A stretch of 64,000 bases of DNA, from positions 5,584 through 69,583 of the forward strand of contig JAZUJJ010000105.1 in NCBI GenBank assembly GCA_045642725.1, in the 5' to 3' direction. Origin of the DNA: Acutalibacteraceae bacterium (GTDB lineage: Bacteria; Bacillota; Clostridia; Oscillospirales; Acutalibacteraceae). The position numbers were made by a program, and so were the translations under genes. The stretch's first letter is position 1. Every line of letters begins with the position of its first letter. A model generated the notes under the pieces. It saw only the letters and a program-made list of their open reading frames with translations, searched no databases and was not told the DNA's origin. Of the stretch, positions 36,070-46,295 are shown piece by piece.

Positions 36070-36095
36070 CAAGTCTTAATTATAAGCTGTGAGGC

Positions 36096-37019
36096 GTGAA
36101 AATGAAAGCAAAGAAAATAGCAAAAAGAGTGGTACTTACTCTTGTTTCTCTTATTCTTGCGGGGGTAGTCATTATGACGGGCATTATGTTTTTCCACTAT
36201 CCGCATTACAGAAAAAATAAAAGGCAGCTTGAGCTTAAAGGCCCTGATACCGCAGGTGAAATAAGAGTTATGAGCTGTAATGTACGCTGTATCAATCCTC
36301 TTGATACCGGGAAAAAGAGCTGGTTTTACAGAGCTGATTTACTGCTTAAGGGCATAGAAAATGAATGCCCCGGTGTAATCGGTTTTCAGGAAGTGACAAA
36401 ATGGCAGTACAATTATCTGACCGCAGCACTGCCTCAGTTTGATTCGGTGATAACCTACCGTGATAAGATGATCAATTCTGAGGGCTGTCCCGTTTTTTAC
36501 AGAACCGATATGTATAAGCTCATTGATAAGGGCTCCTTCTGGCTTTCGGAAACCCCCGAAAAAATGAGTAAGGATTGGGGAGCAGCCTGCTACAGAATTT
36601 GCAGCTATGTTATTCTTGAAGAGCTCGGTACGGCAAAACAATTCGTGGTGTTTAATGTTCACCTTGACCATATCAGCGACGAAGCGAGAATAAACGGAAT
36701 AAATGTTGTTCTTGATAAAATCAAAGCTTTCGGTTCGCTGCCGTCGGTAATAATGGGAGATTTCAATGCGGAAGAGGATTCGGAAACCTATGCGGCGGTA
36801 ACCGAAAACTTCCTTGATGCAAAATATCAGACCGAAAACACCATGACAAGCTGTACCTATCAGAATTGGGGCGCCGGACTTGACAATAACTGTATTGATT
36901 ATTTCATGATTTCCAAGGACGGCTTTGATGTAAAGGAATACAAGGTGCTTACGGATACCTATGACGGAGTCTATGCCAGTGACCACTTCCAGCTGCTCAC
37001 CGTTCTTAATCTGAAGTAA
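36096..37019 (+). CDS. Endonuclease/exonuclease/phosphatase (EEP) family protein with N-terminal membrane anchor
   Basis: MSCNVR, GFQEV, NVHLD, MGDFN, IDYF, SDH. Confidence 0.9.
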   Translation: MKMKAKKIAKRVVLTLVSLILAGVVIMTGIMFFHYPHYRKNKRQLELKGPDTAGEIRVMSCNVRCINPLDTGKKSWFYRADLLLKGIENECPGVIGFQEVTKWQYNYLTAALPQFDSVITYRDKMINSEGCPVFYRTDMYKLIDKGSFWLSETPEKMSKDWGAACYRICSYVILEELGTAKQFVVFNVHLDHISDEARINGINVVLDKIKAFGSLPSVIMGDFNAEEDSETYAAVTENFLDAKYQTENTMTSCTYQNWGAGLDNNCIDYFMISKDGFDVKEYKVLTDTYDGVYASDHFQLLTVLNLK

Positions 37020-37051
37020 CTTCTGAAGCAACTCTATAATTGAATAAAATC

Positions 37052-37086
37052 AAGAGGTGACTTCCCGTTCGGAAGTCACCTCTTTT
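37052..37086. terminator. Bidirectional terminator
   Basis: AAGAGGTGACTTCC-CGTTC-GGAAGTCACCTCTT-TT. Confidence 0.88.
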
Positions 37087-37116
37087 ATGCTGTTTGTAAT
37101 TATTTATTTAACCTTA

Positions 37117-38487
37117 TCAGTCGTAATCTCTTATCCATTTGAAGATTGTGCCGATCGAGGTTGAGAAAAGATTAACGATGGTGTAAATCAAATCAATGTT
37201 GCCGATAAGCTCTTTGAACTGAGCGATAAGATTCTTGAATCCGTCAGAGGAGAAGAGAGCCTTGATCTGCTCAATGGTTGAAAGCTTGAGCTCGTTCTTT
37301 TCGGTGGAAATTGTAAGCTTGTAATCGTCGCTTCTGTAGTTTGAGCCGGCGGAAATCTTGATGTAATATGTGCCCGGTTCAAAAGCGTTGAAGTTGATGG
37401 TTGCAGCTTGAGTTGCGGATACATTGCCTTCAAAAACATTTACAACGCCGTCGGCAGAGGGCTTGAATACTTCAACCTTCCATACGGCATCGGTGGTGGA
37501 AAGTGCGGCGTTGATAACTACCTTGTAGGTGTTGCTGAAGGTCTTTGTGTTTTCGGTGGTTCTGTTTTCTGCATGAACGATTTTGAACATATCAACATCG
37601 TCTTTTGCGGTGATAGCGCCGAAGAGTAAGCCGTCTGCCTTGATTTCGTTGGCATAAGCAACAACGTCGTTATATTCGGCTTCGGTAGAAGAATCGGCCT
37701 TTGCAAAAATTCTGAGGCAATAGCTGCCGCAGCTGCCGTCAACGCCGCTTACCTTTACATAATATGTGCCGGCATTGGAACCGATTTCGGAGCCGTAAAC
37801 AAGGTCCTTGGATGATTCGGTGTAATCAAAGGAAGCAAATATTTTTTCTTCTTTGCCGACAAGCTGAATGACCTCAAATCTGAAATTGCCTCTTTTGCCA
37901 TCGGTCTTTTTGCAGTCAATGCTGAAAAGGCCCTGCTTTGCGGTAAATGAATAATAGTCTACATCGCCTTTGCCGACAGCGCCGTAATACCATGTGTCAA
38001 GAGAGGCAGCGGTGGCGGTTGATGTGGTGTTGTTGCTTTCGATTTCTGTTTTTGCATCGGCAACGGGAGCAACAGCAATAAGGGTTACGCTGTATTTGTC
38101 TTCAACGAAAGCGGAACCGGCGGCAACCTTTACATAATAGGTACCGATACCGACATAAAAATCGGGAGAAACCGCTTCAACATCGTTACCGTCAACGTTG
38201 AAAGAAAGAACATCCTTTTTGTCGGGGCCGGAAACGGTTACGGTGTAATAGGGGATTTCCGAGCCTGTGCCGGGGGTGGTGAACTTAACCTTTGCGAAGC
38301 CTGCTGCCGTGAAAGCGAAGGAATAGCAGTCAACCTCATCAAGAGCGGAAAGGTTGCCTTCGGATGCAGTGCCGACTGTTCCGGCAACAGCGGAATCCTC
38401 GGGGTCAGCCGCATAAGCGACAGTGAGTGCACCAAATGCCATCAGAACTGCGAGTAGAACTGAAAGAGTGCGCTTGAAAGTTTTCAT
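37117..38487 (-). CDS. Exported protein with three PPC-like beta-sandwich repeats and amphipathic C-terminal tail
   Basis: Signal peptide; repeats DEVDCYSF, EIESNNT..GDVDYYSF, EAEYND..DDVDMFKI; GGAGG RBS supports start 38487. Confidence 0.7.
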   Translation of the reverse strand: MKTFKRTLSVLLAVLMAFGALTVAYAADPEDSAVAGTVGTASEGNLSALDEVDCYSFAFTAAGFAKVKFTTPGTGSEIPYYTVTVSGPDKKDVLSFNVDGNDVEAVSPDFYVGIGTYYVKVAAGSAFVEDKYSVTLIAVAPVADAKTEIESNNTTSTATAASLDTWYYGAVGKGDVDYYSFTAKQGLFSIDCKKTDGKRGNFRFEVIQLVGKEEKIFASFDYTESSKDLVYGSEIGSNAGTYYVKVSGVDGSCGSYCLRIFAKADSSTEAEYNDVVAYANEIKADGLLFGAITAKDDVDMFKIVHAENRTTENTKTFSNTYKVVINAALSTTDAVWKVEVFKPSADGVVNVFEGNVSATQAATINFNAFEPGTYYIKISAGSNYRSDDYKLTISTEKNELKLSTIEQIKALFSSDGFKNLIAQFKELIGNIDLIYTIVNLFSTSIGTIFKWIRDYD

Positions 38488-38703
38488 TTTTTGTCCTCCA
38501 ATCATAGTTTTTGAGATTAGACTTTTGTATTATAACATACTTTTTTTTATTTTTCAAATTATTTATTCAATAATTTATGAAAAATTCGTAAATTGTCTTT
38601 TCGATATATTTGTGTTTCCTATTGATTTTTTTGCTTTCTTTATGTATTATGTATTTATATTCATACATTGTGCATACAAAGAAATTCGGAAGGAGAATAT
38701 ATT

Positions 38704-39588
38704 ATGGCAAATTGCCCAAAATGCGGTCATAAGCTTTCCGTGTTCAATATCAGCCAATATTGCCCGAAATGCGGTGTAAACATAATGTTTGCCGATTTTG
38801 AGCCGAGGTTTGAGAAAGACAGACGGGTTGCCGAAATGTCGCTGGCATCTTTCCGCATAAATGTGGAAAAATTCAAAAGTGCTTTTGTTTCCGGATTGCC
38901 TCAGAAATTAAAAATAGCGGCGGCGTTCCTGCCTGCTCTGGCGGTCGTTATTCCTTTCGGAAGCTTTGCCGTCAACACTCCGGTTTATTCGCATTCCCTG
39001 AGCTTTAATGCCATTGATATGGTGTATTCCGCTTTTTTCGGCAGTGACCTGTTTGCAAAGGTTTTAGCCCTTGCGGGAACCGAGCCTTTCGGTGTGGTCG
39101 CAGATGCGGTAACAAGGCTGATGCTCTGCCTGCTTGCGGCGACTGTGTTTGCCGTTTTAATTCTTTTGACAGAGCTTCTTTGTTTTATCGGTAATAAAAA
39201 AACGGGTATTTCCATGGCCATATTCGGCTTCGGAGGTGCCGCTTCTGTTGCCGCTGCGGCAATTTCGGCTTTTTCGCTGAAAAAGGTGAGCGGTAATTTT
39301 GCCGATGCTTTTCAATGCAGCGTAAATCCTCTGTTTATTGCCGGAATAATTCTTTTCGCTGCTGCCGCCGGCGCGGCACTTTGGAATCTTAAAGTGCCTC
39401 CCGTGAGAAATTATCAGCCGGAGGATATAATCCGCGAGGAATACCGCAAAAAATATAAATCCGGTAAGATAGCTCTTATGGATATTCCCGCACCTATTGC
39501 GGAAACGGAAAGCGAACGCGCCGAAAGAGAAAAGCTTGTCAGAGAAGCTTACCGTATTGAGGAAGAGGAGGCAACGGACAATGAATGA
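38704..39588 (+). CDS. Membrane protein with N-terminal double-CxxC zinc ribbon
   Basis: CPKCG..CPKCG then about 4 TM helices and a charged tail; GGAG RBS supports ATG 38704. Confidence 0.7.
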   Translation: MANCPKCGHKLSVFNISQYCPKCGVNIMFADFEPRFEKDRRVAEMSLASFRINVEKFKSAFVSGLPQKLKIAAAFLPALAVVIPFGSFAVNTPVYSHSLSFNAIDMVYSAFFGSDLFAKVLALAGTEPFGVVADAVTRLMLCLLAATVFAVLILLTELLCFIGNKKTGISMAIFGFGGAASVAAAAISAFSLKKVSGNFADAFQCSVNPLFIAGIILFAAAAGAALWNLKVPPVRNYQPEDIIREEYRKKYKSGKIALMDIPAPIAETESERAEREKLVREAYRIEEEEATDNE

Positions 39589-40978
39589 AAAAGATATCCG
39601 CGCATCCCTTACCGATGAAGAACGGCTTCGACTTGAAAAAATAGATAAGCTTGACTCGAATCAGAATCGGAAAAAAGTTATTTTAGCCTGCGTTACCGTT
39701 GCTCTCATTGCCATTTTTGCTCTCGGTACGGTTTTCGGAGCAAGGTACATTCTCAGCTATGAGGGCACGGCACCGATGCCGGATGATAATAAATCGGAAA
39801 TAATACTGCCGACGGACAAGGCGGAAATTCTCTCGCTTGTTTCCGGAATGGAAGCGACCGTGAAAAATGAAACGGGAATCAAGCTTAACAGAAATTCCGA
39901 TGTTTCTCTTGATTCCGACTCCGTTACCGTTGAGGGCGGCAGTAAGGATTTACCGGGCTATTTTGATTTTATTAAATCTTCTCTTACGGATATTATCAGG
40001 GACAGAAAAAATGAAAAAGCATTTTCCGGCTCTTTCGGTGAGGATATTTCCTCTCATGTTCCCTCCGTGAGCTTTGAGCAGACGGATGTATCAAAAGCCG
40101 AATGCAGGATAAATGAAGAAAATGAAAGTGAAACGGAATACGAAATAGTCTTCAATGATTTTTCTTCCGATGAAATTCCTTCACTTTCCTTTACCGGAAG
40201 CTTCGGCCTTGATGACAGCAGTGCCGTTCTTGACTATCTCAAAGAAAAATTTGCTCCGGCTGCGGATATTACGGAAGTAACACTTGATTATACCGAGCCT
40301 GTTTTTACGGCAAAGGCAAAATCGGAAAACGCTGCACCCGTTTCGTTCACAGCCGAATGTAAATGTAAGGTTTCCGCCTTGCTCACCTTTAAGGGAATCT
40401 ACGAAAAATTAGGCAGCGCACGCATCGGGTTTATCCTCAATCAGAAAGAAAGCTATGATTTCACTTATGCCGGGCTCAGCTTTAATTCCGATGTTTTCTA
40501 TATTTCCAAAGGTGATTCGGATGAGCTTAAATATTCCGTTACTTCCGATCTTTCTCCTGCGGAAATTCAGATAAAGTGGCTGTCCTCAGACCCGTCGGTT
40601 CTTTCGATTGACGGCAATTTCTATAAAGCTCACAAGGTCAGTAATGAGCCCGTAACGGTTACGGGAGAATTCAGCTACTGCGGCGAAACCTATAAGGCAG
40701 AGTGCCTTTACTGGGTCAGAAAAGAGCTTGAGGATATTAAACTTTCCTCAAAGGAAATCACCGTTTCGGTGGGCTCGTGCGAAACTATTACCCCCGAATT
40801 CAAGCCCGCAGATGCCACCGTTAAAAATGTCAGATGGTTTACGGAAAATGAAAAAACGGCTTCGGTCGATGAAAACGGAAGGGTTACGGGAATTGCTCCC
40901 GGCAAAACGGTTGTTTATCTTATTTCCGAGGACGGAAATTTCAAACGCGCCTGCACCGTGACAGTAAAGGAGGGATAA
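39581..40978 (+). CDS. Membrane-anchored protein with C-terminal Big_2 Ig-like domains
   Basis: Single TM (VILACVTVALIAIFALGTV), then WLSSDPSVL and WFTENEKTASVDENGRVTGIAPG. Confidence 0.7.
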   Translation: MNEKDIRASLTDEERLRLEKIDKLDSNQNRKKVILACVTVALIAIFALGTVFGARYILSYEGTAPMPDDNKSEIILPTDKAEILSLVSGMEATVKNETGIKLNRNSDVSLDSDSVTVEGGSKDLPGYFDFIKSSLTDIIRDRKNEKAFSGSFGEDISSHVPSVSFEQTDVSKAECRINEENESETEYEIVFNDFSSDEIPSLSFTGSFGLDDSSAVLDYLKEKFAPAADITEVTLDYTEPVFTAKAKSENAAPVSFTAECKCKVSALLTFKGIYEKLGSARIGFILNQKESYDFTYAGLSFNSDVFYISKGDSDELKYSVTSDLSPAEIQIKWLSSDPSVLSIDGNFYKAHKVSNEPVTVTGEFSYCGETYKAECLYWVRKELEDIKLSSKEITVSVGSCETITPEFKPADATVKNVRWFTENEKTASVDENGRVTGIAPGKTVVYLISEDGNFKRACTVTVKEG

Positions 40979-40981
40979 TCT

Positions 40982-42592
40982 GTGGCAGAGTCTTCAACAA
41001 AAGAAAAACTCGTTAACCGGTTTCTGAAAGCGGATGATTATTCAGCCGCCGCCATGGATGATAAGATTCTTCGCAAATATGAAGATCTTGCCGTGGATGT
41101 TTACAGCACAAGACAGGTTTCGATTTCCGAAACGGCGTGGATGATGGTTCAGCATTTCTCACGCTCTCTTAAATCCGGTCTTGACCTTTACGCAAATATG
41201 TATTACACAAAGGTGCTGAAAATCGACCTTATCTATGTTACGGTCATCAAGGCACTTATCAGCGTTTATGACACTCTGAATGACCCGCTTATGGGTATTA
41301 TTTATGATAAAACGAGAACCCGCTGGGGTAAGGCAAGACCTTATATTCTTTTTACTCCGCTGCCTTATTTCCTGTCAACGGCGATTCTGTATTGCGGGGC
41401 GCTGTTTATGGGTGATACCGGTCTGAATGACCCGAAAAAGATAATTTTCGTGTTTATAACCTTGTTTGCTCAGGAAACATTTTCAACCATATTCAACATA
41501 CCCGCGGATAACTATCCGACCTTGCAATCGCCGTGCCCGACGGACAGAATAAATGTTGCTCTCGCCAAGAGCTACGCGGGCGAATACGGCAGTGATTTGA
41601 TTGCGGCAATTTATGTTCCCATAATGACACTTAACAATTTCGGTGCCATAACCGTTTCTCAGCCCATGCTTTTTGCTGTTATCGGAATTATCACAAGCGT
41701 ACTCGGTGCCGTCGGCACAATGGGTGTTGCGGTGAAATGTCCCGAAAGAGTTATTCTGCAGCCGAAGCCCGCTCCCATAACCAAGACAATGTTCTATGTT
41801 CTCAAAAACAAATATGCATTGAGAAAAGTCGGTGCGGAATTCCTCGTAAGCTGGTGGAGCAACGGCGGATATTCATGGGATGTAATTACTCAGCTTGAAA
41901 TTTTCGGCGGAGCCCTTCACATGGCCCCCATGTATGCCTTCTACCATATCTGCAATCTTATTTCGATTAAATTCATAAAGCCCTGGAAAGAACGTTTCAA
42001 GAGCTACCGCAACCTTGTTATCACGCTCAGAGCGTGGGACTTTTCTCTCAGTGTTCTCTGGGTCATCTTCGACTGGATAGTTATGCCCAAGAAAAAATGG
42101 TGGCTTGCCGGGCTTGTTTTCACCTTCTGCTACGGCCTCAACGGTCTTAATAACGCCCCCGCAAAGGCTTATGAAGGCGAAATCAACAGAGAAATCAACG
42201 ATTATACAGAGTATCTTACCGGCGAACGCCCTGACGGAACAATGTATCTGATTGTCAACTATATTAAAAAGCTGACTCAGCCGCTCAACACTCTTATGGC
42301 CATTGCGGTCATAAAATGGACGGGATATGACACAACTCTCGAATCCACATACTGGGCACAGGATTCCGTTAATGTTTACCGTAAGGTGTTTGCTCTCTAT
42401 GCGGCGGGAAGCTTCCTGCCCGATATCATAAATACGGTTCCTCTGTTCTTTTATGACCTTGACGGGCAGAAGAAAATAGATATGTACAAGGCTCTCAATG
42501 AGCGCCGCGCCATGCTTGCAAAGGAAAACCAGGGCAGGCTTTCCGAGGATATGTCGGAGCTTGTTGAAATGCTCAGTGAAGATAAGGGATAA
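40982..42592 (+). CDS. GPH-family (MelB-like) MFS sugar transporter
   Basis: YDTLNDPLMGIIYDKTRTRWGKARPY, GERPDG. Confidence 0.88.
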   Translation: MAESSTKEKLVNRFLKADDYSAAAMDDKILRKYEDLAVDVYSTRQVSISETAWMMVQHFSRSLKSGLDLYANMYYTKVLKIDLIYVTVIKALISVYDTLNDPLMGIIYDKTRTRWGKARPYILFTPLPYFLSTAILYCGALFMGDTGLNDPKKIIFVFITLFAQETFSTIFNIPADNYPTLQSPCPTDRINVALAKSYAGEYGSDLIAAIYVPIMTLNNFGAITVSQPMLFAVIGIITSVLGAVGTMGVAVKCPERVILQPKPAPITKTMFYVLKNKYALRKVGAEFLVSWWSNGGYSWDVITQLEIFGGALHMAPMYAFYHICNLISIKFIKPWKERFKSYRNLVITLRAWDFSLSVLWVIFDWIVMPKKKWWLAGLVFTFCYGLNGLNNAPAKAYEGEINREINDYTEYLTGERPDGTMYLIVNYIKKLTQPLNTLMAIAVIKWTGYDTTLESTYWAQDSVNVYRKVFALYAAGSFLPDIINTVPLFFYDLDGQKKIDMYKALNERRAMLAKENQGRLSEDMSELVEMLSEDKG

Positions 42593-42596
42593 ATAA

Positions 42597-43385
42597 ATGA
42601 AGCTTTGTTTTTCAACTCTCGGCTGTACCGAAAAAAATCTTGATGAAATACTTGTGCTTTGCCGTAAATATGACATTCCGTTTCTCGAAATAAGAGGTAT
42701 TGACGGCGAGCTTGACAACCGGATGATAACTGATTTTTCGGAAGAAAATATGGAAAACACCCGTGAAAAGCTGAAAAAAGCCTGCGTTAAGCCTTTGATT
42801 CTCGGCACATCCTGCTCTTTTCATGATGAAGATAATTTTGAAAAAGCCGTTGCCGAAGGAAAAGCGGCGGTACTTACCGCAGAAAAACTCGGTGCAAAGG
42901 GCATAAGAGTTTTCGGCAACAATCTCGGAAGCGACCCGTCGGAAAGCACATGCAGGGTCATAAGCGGTATAAAAACGCTTTGTGATTTTGCTTTCGGAAA
43001 GGGTGTTGACATTCTTCTTGAGGTTCACGGGGATTTCAATACCGCAGAGGCTCTTTCACCCGTTGCCGTGGCGCTGAAAAACGAAAAAAACTTCGGTCTT
43101 ATATGGGATATTTGCCACACGCAGGCTCCGTACGGCGAAAACTGGCTCGAATTTTATGAGAAAATGCGCCCGTTTATACGCCATGTGCATATTAAGGATT
43201 TGAAAAACGGGGTGCTTCTGCTTCCCGGTGATGGCGAAATACCGATAAAACCCATTGTATCGAAAATGCTTTCTGACGGATATGAAGGGGCATTTTCCCT
43301 TGAATGGGAAAAGAAATGGCACCCGGAGCTGCCGGAGTTTGAAGAAGCAATGCAAAAATTTCTTAAGGTTATGATTCTTGAATGA
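42597..43385 (+). CDS. Sugar-phosphate isomerase/epimerase (xylose-isomerase-like TIM barrel)
   Basis: LLEVHG, IWDICH, HVHIKD, SLEWE. Confidence 0.85.
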   Translation: MKLCFSTLGCTEKNLDEILVLCRKYDIPFLEIRGIDGELDNRMITDFSEENMENTREKLKKACVKPLILGTSCSFHDEDNFEKAVAEGKAAVLTAEKLGAKGIRVFGNNLGSDPSESTCRVISGIKTLCDFAFGKGVDILLEVHGDFNTAEALSPVAVALKNEKNFGLIWDICHTQAPYGENWLEFYEKMRPFIRHVHIKDLKNGVLLLPGDGEIPIKPIVSKMLSDGYEGAFSLEWEKKWHPELPEFEEAMQKFLKVMILE

Positions 43386-44383
43386 AAACATTTATTGCAA
43401 TAGAAAATGATGAAACAAGGGCGAGCTTTCTGACAGACGAAAATATGGATTTTCTCGGCAAATGCGGAGAGGTTAAGGAAATAAGCGGTGAACTGACAAA
43501 GGAAAACATTGCCGCTCAGATAAGTGACGCACAGGTATATATGACCTGTTGGGGCTCACCGAGGCTTGACAAAACGATACTTGACGCCGCTCCGTGCCTT
43601 AAACTGCTTGTGCATCTCTGCGGCACTCCGGCGCCCTTTGTTTCGGAAGAAATGTTCAAAAGAGGAATTAAAGTCATATCGGGAAATGCGTTTTTTGCCG
43701 AATCAACGGCAGAGGGCGCACTTTCCTGCATCCTTGCGGCACAAAGAAATATTCCGTTTTACAGCACGGAGCTTAAAAATAACCGCAAATGGAAAGAGGA
43801 CAATGCACGCAATAAAGGTCTTATCGGAAAAACCGTCGGTATAGTCAGCTTCGGGGCTGTGGCAAAAAATCTTGTGAGAATGCTGGCACCTTTCCGTGTA
43901 AAGCTTCTTGTTTATGATATTGTACCCGTGCCCGATGAATACAAAGAAAAATACGGCATAACTCAGGTGAGCCTTGAAGAGCTTTTTTCGTGTTCGGATA
44001 TAATCAGTGTGCATACGCCTCTTAACACGGAAACCCACGGCCTTATCGGTAAATCCCTTTTTGAGCTGATTAAGCCGGATGCTCTTTTCGTGAACACATC
44101 AAGAGGAGAAATAATCGACCAGCAGGCCCTCACCGATTTTCTTATGCAGGGCAGATTCAGAGCGGTACTTGATGTTTATGAAAAAGAACCCCCCGAAAAG
44201 GATTGCGGACTTTATGATGCTCCCGGCCTTATTATGATGCCCCATATGGGCGGGCCGACCTTTGACCTGAGAAGTGAAATCGCAAAAGCCCTCATTGAAG
44301 AGAGCCGCAGATATATTGATGAAGGTCTGCCGCCGGAAAACGAAATTCCGGCAGAGGTCTGCAAAAAAATGTCCGAGTATTGA
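43382..44383 (+). CDS. D-2-hydroxyacid dehydrogenase (NAD-binding)
   Basis: VGIVSFGAVA, FVNTSRG, LDVYEKEP, MPHMGG. Confidence 0.9.
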   Translation: MKTFIAIENDETRASFLTDENMDFLGKCGEVKEISGELTKENIAAQISDAQVYMTCWGSPRLDKTILDAAPCLKLLVHLCGTPAPFVSEEMFKRGIKVISGNAFFAESTAEGALSCILAAQRNIPFYSTELKNNRKWKEDNARNKGLIGKTVGIVSFGAVAKNLVRMLAPFRVKLLVYDIVPVPDEYKEKYGITQVSLEELFSCSDIISVHTPLNTETHGLIGKSLFELIKPDALFVNTSRGEIIDQQALTDFLMQGRFRAVLDVYEKEPPEKDCGLYDAPGLIMMPHMGGPTFDLRSEIAKALIEESRRYIDEGLPPENEIPAEVCKKMSEY

Positions 44384-44396
44384 GAAAGGCAGAATC

Positions 44397-46283
44397 ATGC
44401 TTGAATCACCGTATAAAAAGCCGTTTGTTATTCCGCCGCATGAGCATCCGAGACTTATGCTCAGAAGGGCGGATATTCCGAAAATAAAAGAAAGCCTCGA
44501 AAATCCGGAATTTTCCGAGGCAAAGGATGTTTTTGAAGAGCTTTGTTTACGCCCGGTTACGGGCAGGGGAGCAACGCCGGAATACGGCAGCTATGACCTT
44601 GCCGAGGTGCTGACGGCGGAGGCTCTTGCTTTTCGTGCTCTTCTTTCGTCTGAAAAAGCCGATGCCGAAAAAGCCGTCGGTACGCTGATGTTTCTTCTTG
44701 ACTCGTTTGTTATTACAGGCGGAAATATGGGCGCAAGGTGGGGCGGACATCTGATTTTTACCGCCTCACAGGTTTATGACTGGTGTTATTCTTTTTTGTC
44801 GGAAGAGCAAAAAGATTATATAATTTCAAAGTGTGAGTCAATAGCCGCCGCTTATTTTGAAATGGGTTATCCTCCCGTAAAGCAGTCACCCGTTTCGGGT
44901 CACGGTACGGAGGCACAGCTTCTTCGTGACCTGCTTGCTTTTTCGGTTGCGGTTTATGATGAAAGACCCGATATATACGATTTCTGCGCCGGAAGAATTT
45001 GCGGCGAATATATTGAACCCGTGCGCCGCCTGCTTGACGGCGGAGCTCACAATCAGGGTCCGACTTACGGAAGCTACCGTTGGCTGAGCCTTGCCTGGGC
45101 AGAGTTGATTTTTACCGCCATGAGCGGTAAGGGCGTTTTTCTGCGCCTTGAAAAGACTGCCGATTGGTTTATGTATATGACCAGACCAGACGGTCAGACG
45201 GTACGCCTCGGTGACGATTTCAATGAAAACAAGAGCGATTATAACAGACTTGCGCCTTTTACGGTGCCCTTCTTTTTCGCTTATGCTCTTACAGGCAGAA
45301 GGGATTTTTATTCTGCTTTCCGCAGGGGCTTCTGCCGTGAATTTCTGCTTCCGCTTCATCACGGTATGGACTATTATACGGAAGGTTCCTGGGGTGAAGG
45401 ACTTTTTTCTGCCGTCAGTATGCTGATTTTCGGCAGCAAAATAAAAATGAAAGACAGTGTACCTCTGCCGGAATGCAGATATTTCGGCTCTCCCGTAGGT
45501 GAAACCGTATTCAAAAGCGGCGACACTCACATACTTTTCAAGGGAGGAGAATACTGGGGGGCAAATCACGACCATCTTGACACGGGATGCTTTCAGATTT
45601 TTTGCGGGGCTCCGCTTCTTACGGACTCGGGAATTTATGACAGCTATCACAGCCCTCACAGAAGACAGTATCTTACAAAAACCTCTGCTCACAACTGCCT
45701 TACGGTCGAAATGCCAGGTAAGCCTCTTTTCGGTGAATGGGATGAAGATATAAAATATGACGGAGGCACAAGGCGGCCTGCCGACGGAGATGAAGCGGAC
45801 AGCGTTGAAGAGCTCCTTTCCGAAAAATATCTTATGGCTCATATTCTCGGCCACAGCGAAAGCGAAAACGGGTGCGAGCTGAGTGTTGATATGTCTCCGG
45901 CTTACATCCATTCCTGCAAAAGCGTTGTCAGAAAAATGAAATATGACCATATAAACCGTGTTGTTACGGTCAGAGATGAAGTAACCGCACTGAATGCGCA
46001 GAGCAGAAAAACCTTTCATCTGCATTGTCAGAAGGAGCCCGAAATACACGGAAACACCGTGATTTTTGAAAACGGCGGTCATAAGGCTGTCTGCCGGGTG
46101 CTTTTGCCGGAAAATGCGGTTATTACGAAAACCGGAGGGGAAGGACATCAGTTCATATCAGACGGCAAGAATTTCCCGCCAAAGCCGCCTTACAACGGAG
46201 AAGAGGGCTGGGGCGAGGTTAAAATATCACCGTGTGTTCAATCGGTTACGGATGTATTTCTTGTGGAGATAAAAATCATATAA
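44397..46283 (+). CDS. Heparinase II/III-domain oligosaccharide lyase-like protein, no signal peptide
   Basis: NHDHLDTGCFQI, LLTDSGIY, TSAHNCLTV; alpha-helical N-terminal half; start 44397 after GAAAGG. Confidence 0.8.
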   Translation: MLESPYKKPFVIPPHEHPRLMLRRADIPKIKESLENPEFSEAKDVFEELCLRPVTGRGATPEYGSYDLAEVLTAEALAFRALLSSEKADAEKAVGTLMFLLDSFVITGGNMGARWGGHLIFTASQVYDWCYSFLSEEQKDYIISKCESIAAAYFEMGYPPVKQSPVSGHGTEAQLLRDLLAFSVAVYDERPDIYDFCAGRICGEYIEPVRRLLDGGAHNQGPTYGSYRWLSLAWAELIFTAMSGKGVFLRLEKTADWFMYMTRPDGQTVRLGDDFNENKSDYNRLAPFTVPFFFAYALTGRRDFYSAFRRGFCREFLLPLHHGMDYYTEGSWGEGLFSAVSMLIFGSKIKMKDSVPLPECRYFGSPVGETVFKSGDTHILFKGGEYWGANHDHLDTGCFQIFCGAPLLTDSGIYDSYHSPHRRQYLTKTSAHNCLTVEMPGKPLFGEWDEDIKYDGGTRRPADGDEADSVEELLSEKYLMAHILGHSESENGCELSVDMSPAYIHSCKSVVRKMKYDHINRVVTVRDEVTALNAQSRKTFHLHCQKEPEIHGNTVIFENGGHKAVCRVLLPENAVITKTGGEGHQFISDGKNFPPKPPYNGEEGWGEVKISPCVQSVTDVFLVEIKII

Positions 46284-46295
46284 CGGTAAAAATAA

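Noticed and set aside
21915-36095. Intact ICE, IME or prophage
   Set aside because: No integrase, relaxase, T4SS or phage structural gene recognised
44886-46148. 420-aa antisense ORF (also 41873-42808, 36339-37031, 55293-55943 and similar)
   Set aside because: Shadow frames of well-supported genes with no motifs or RBS
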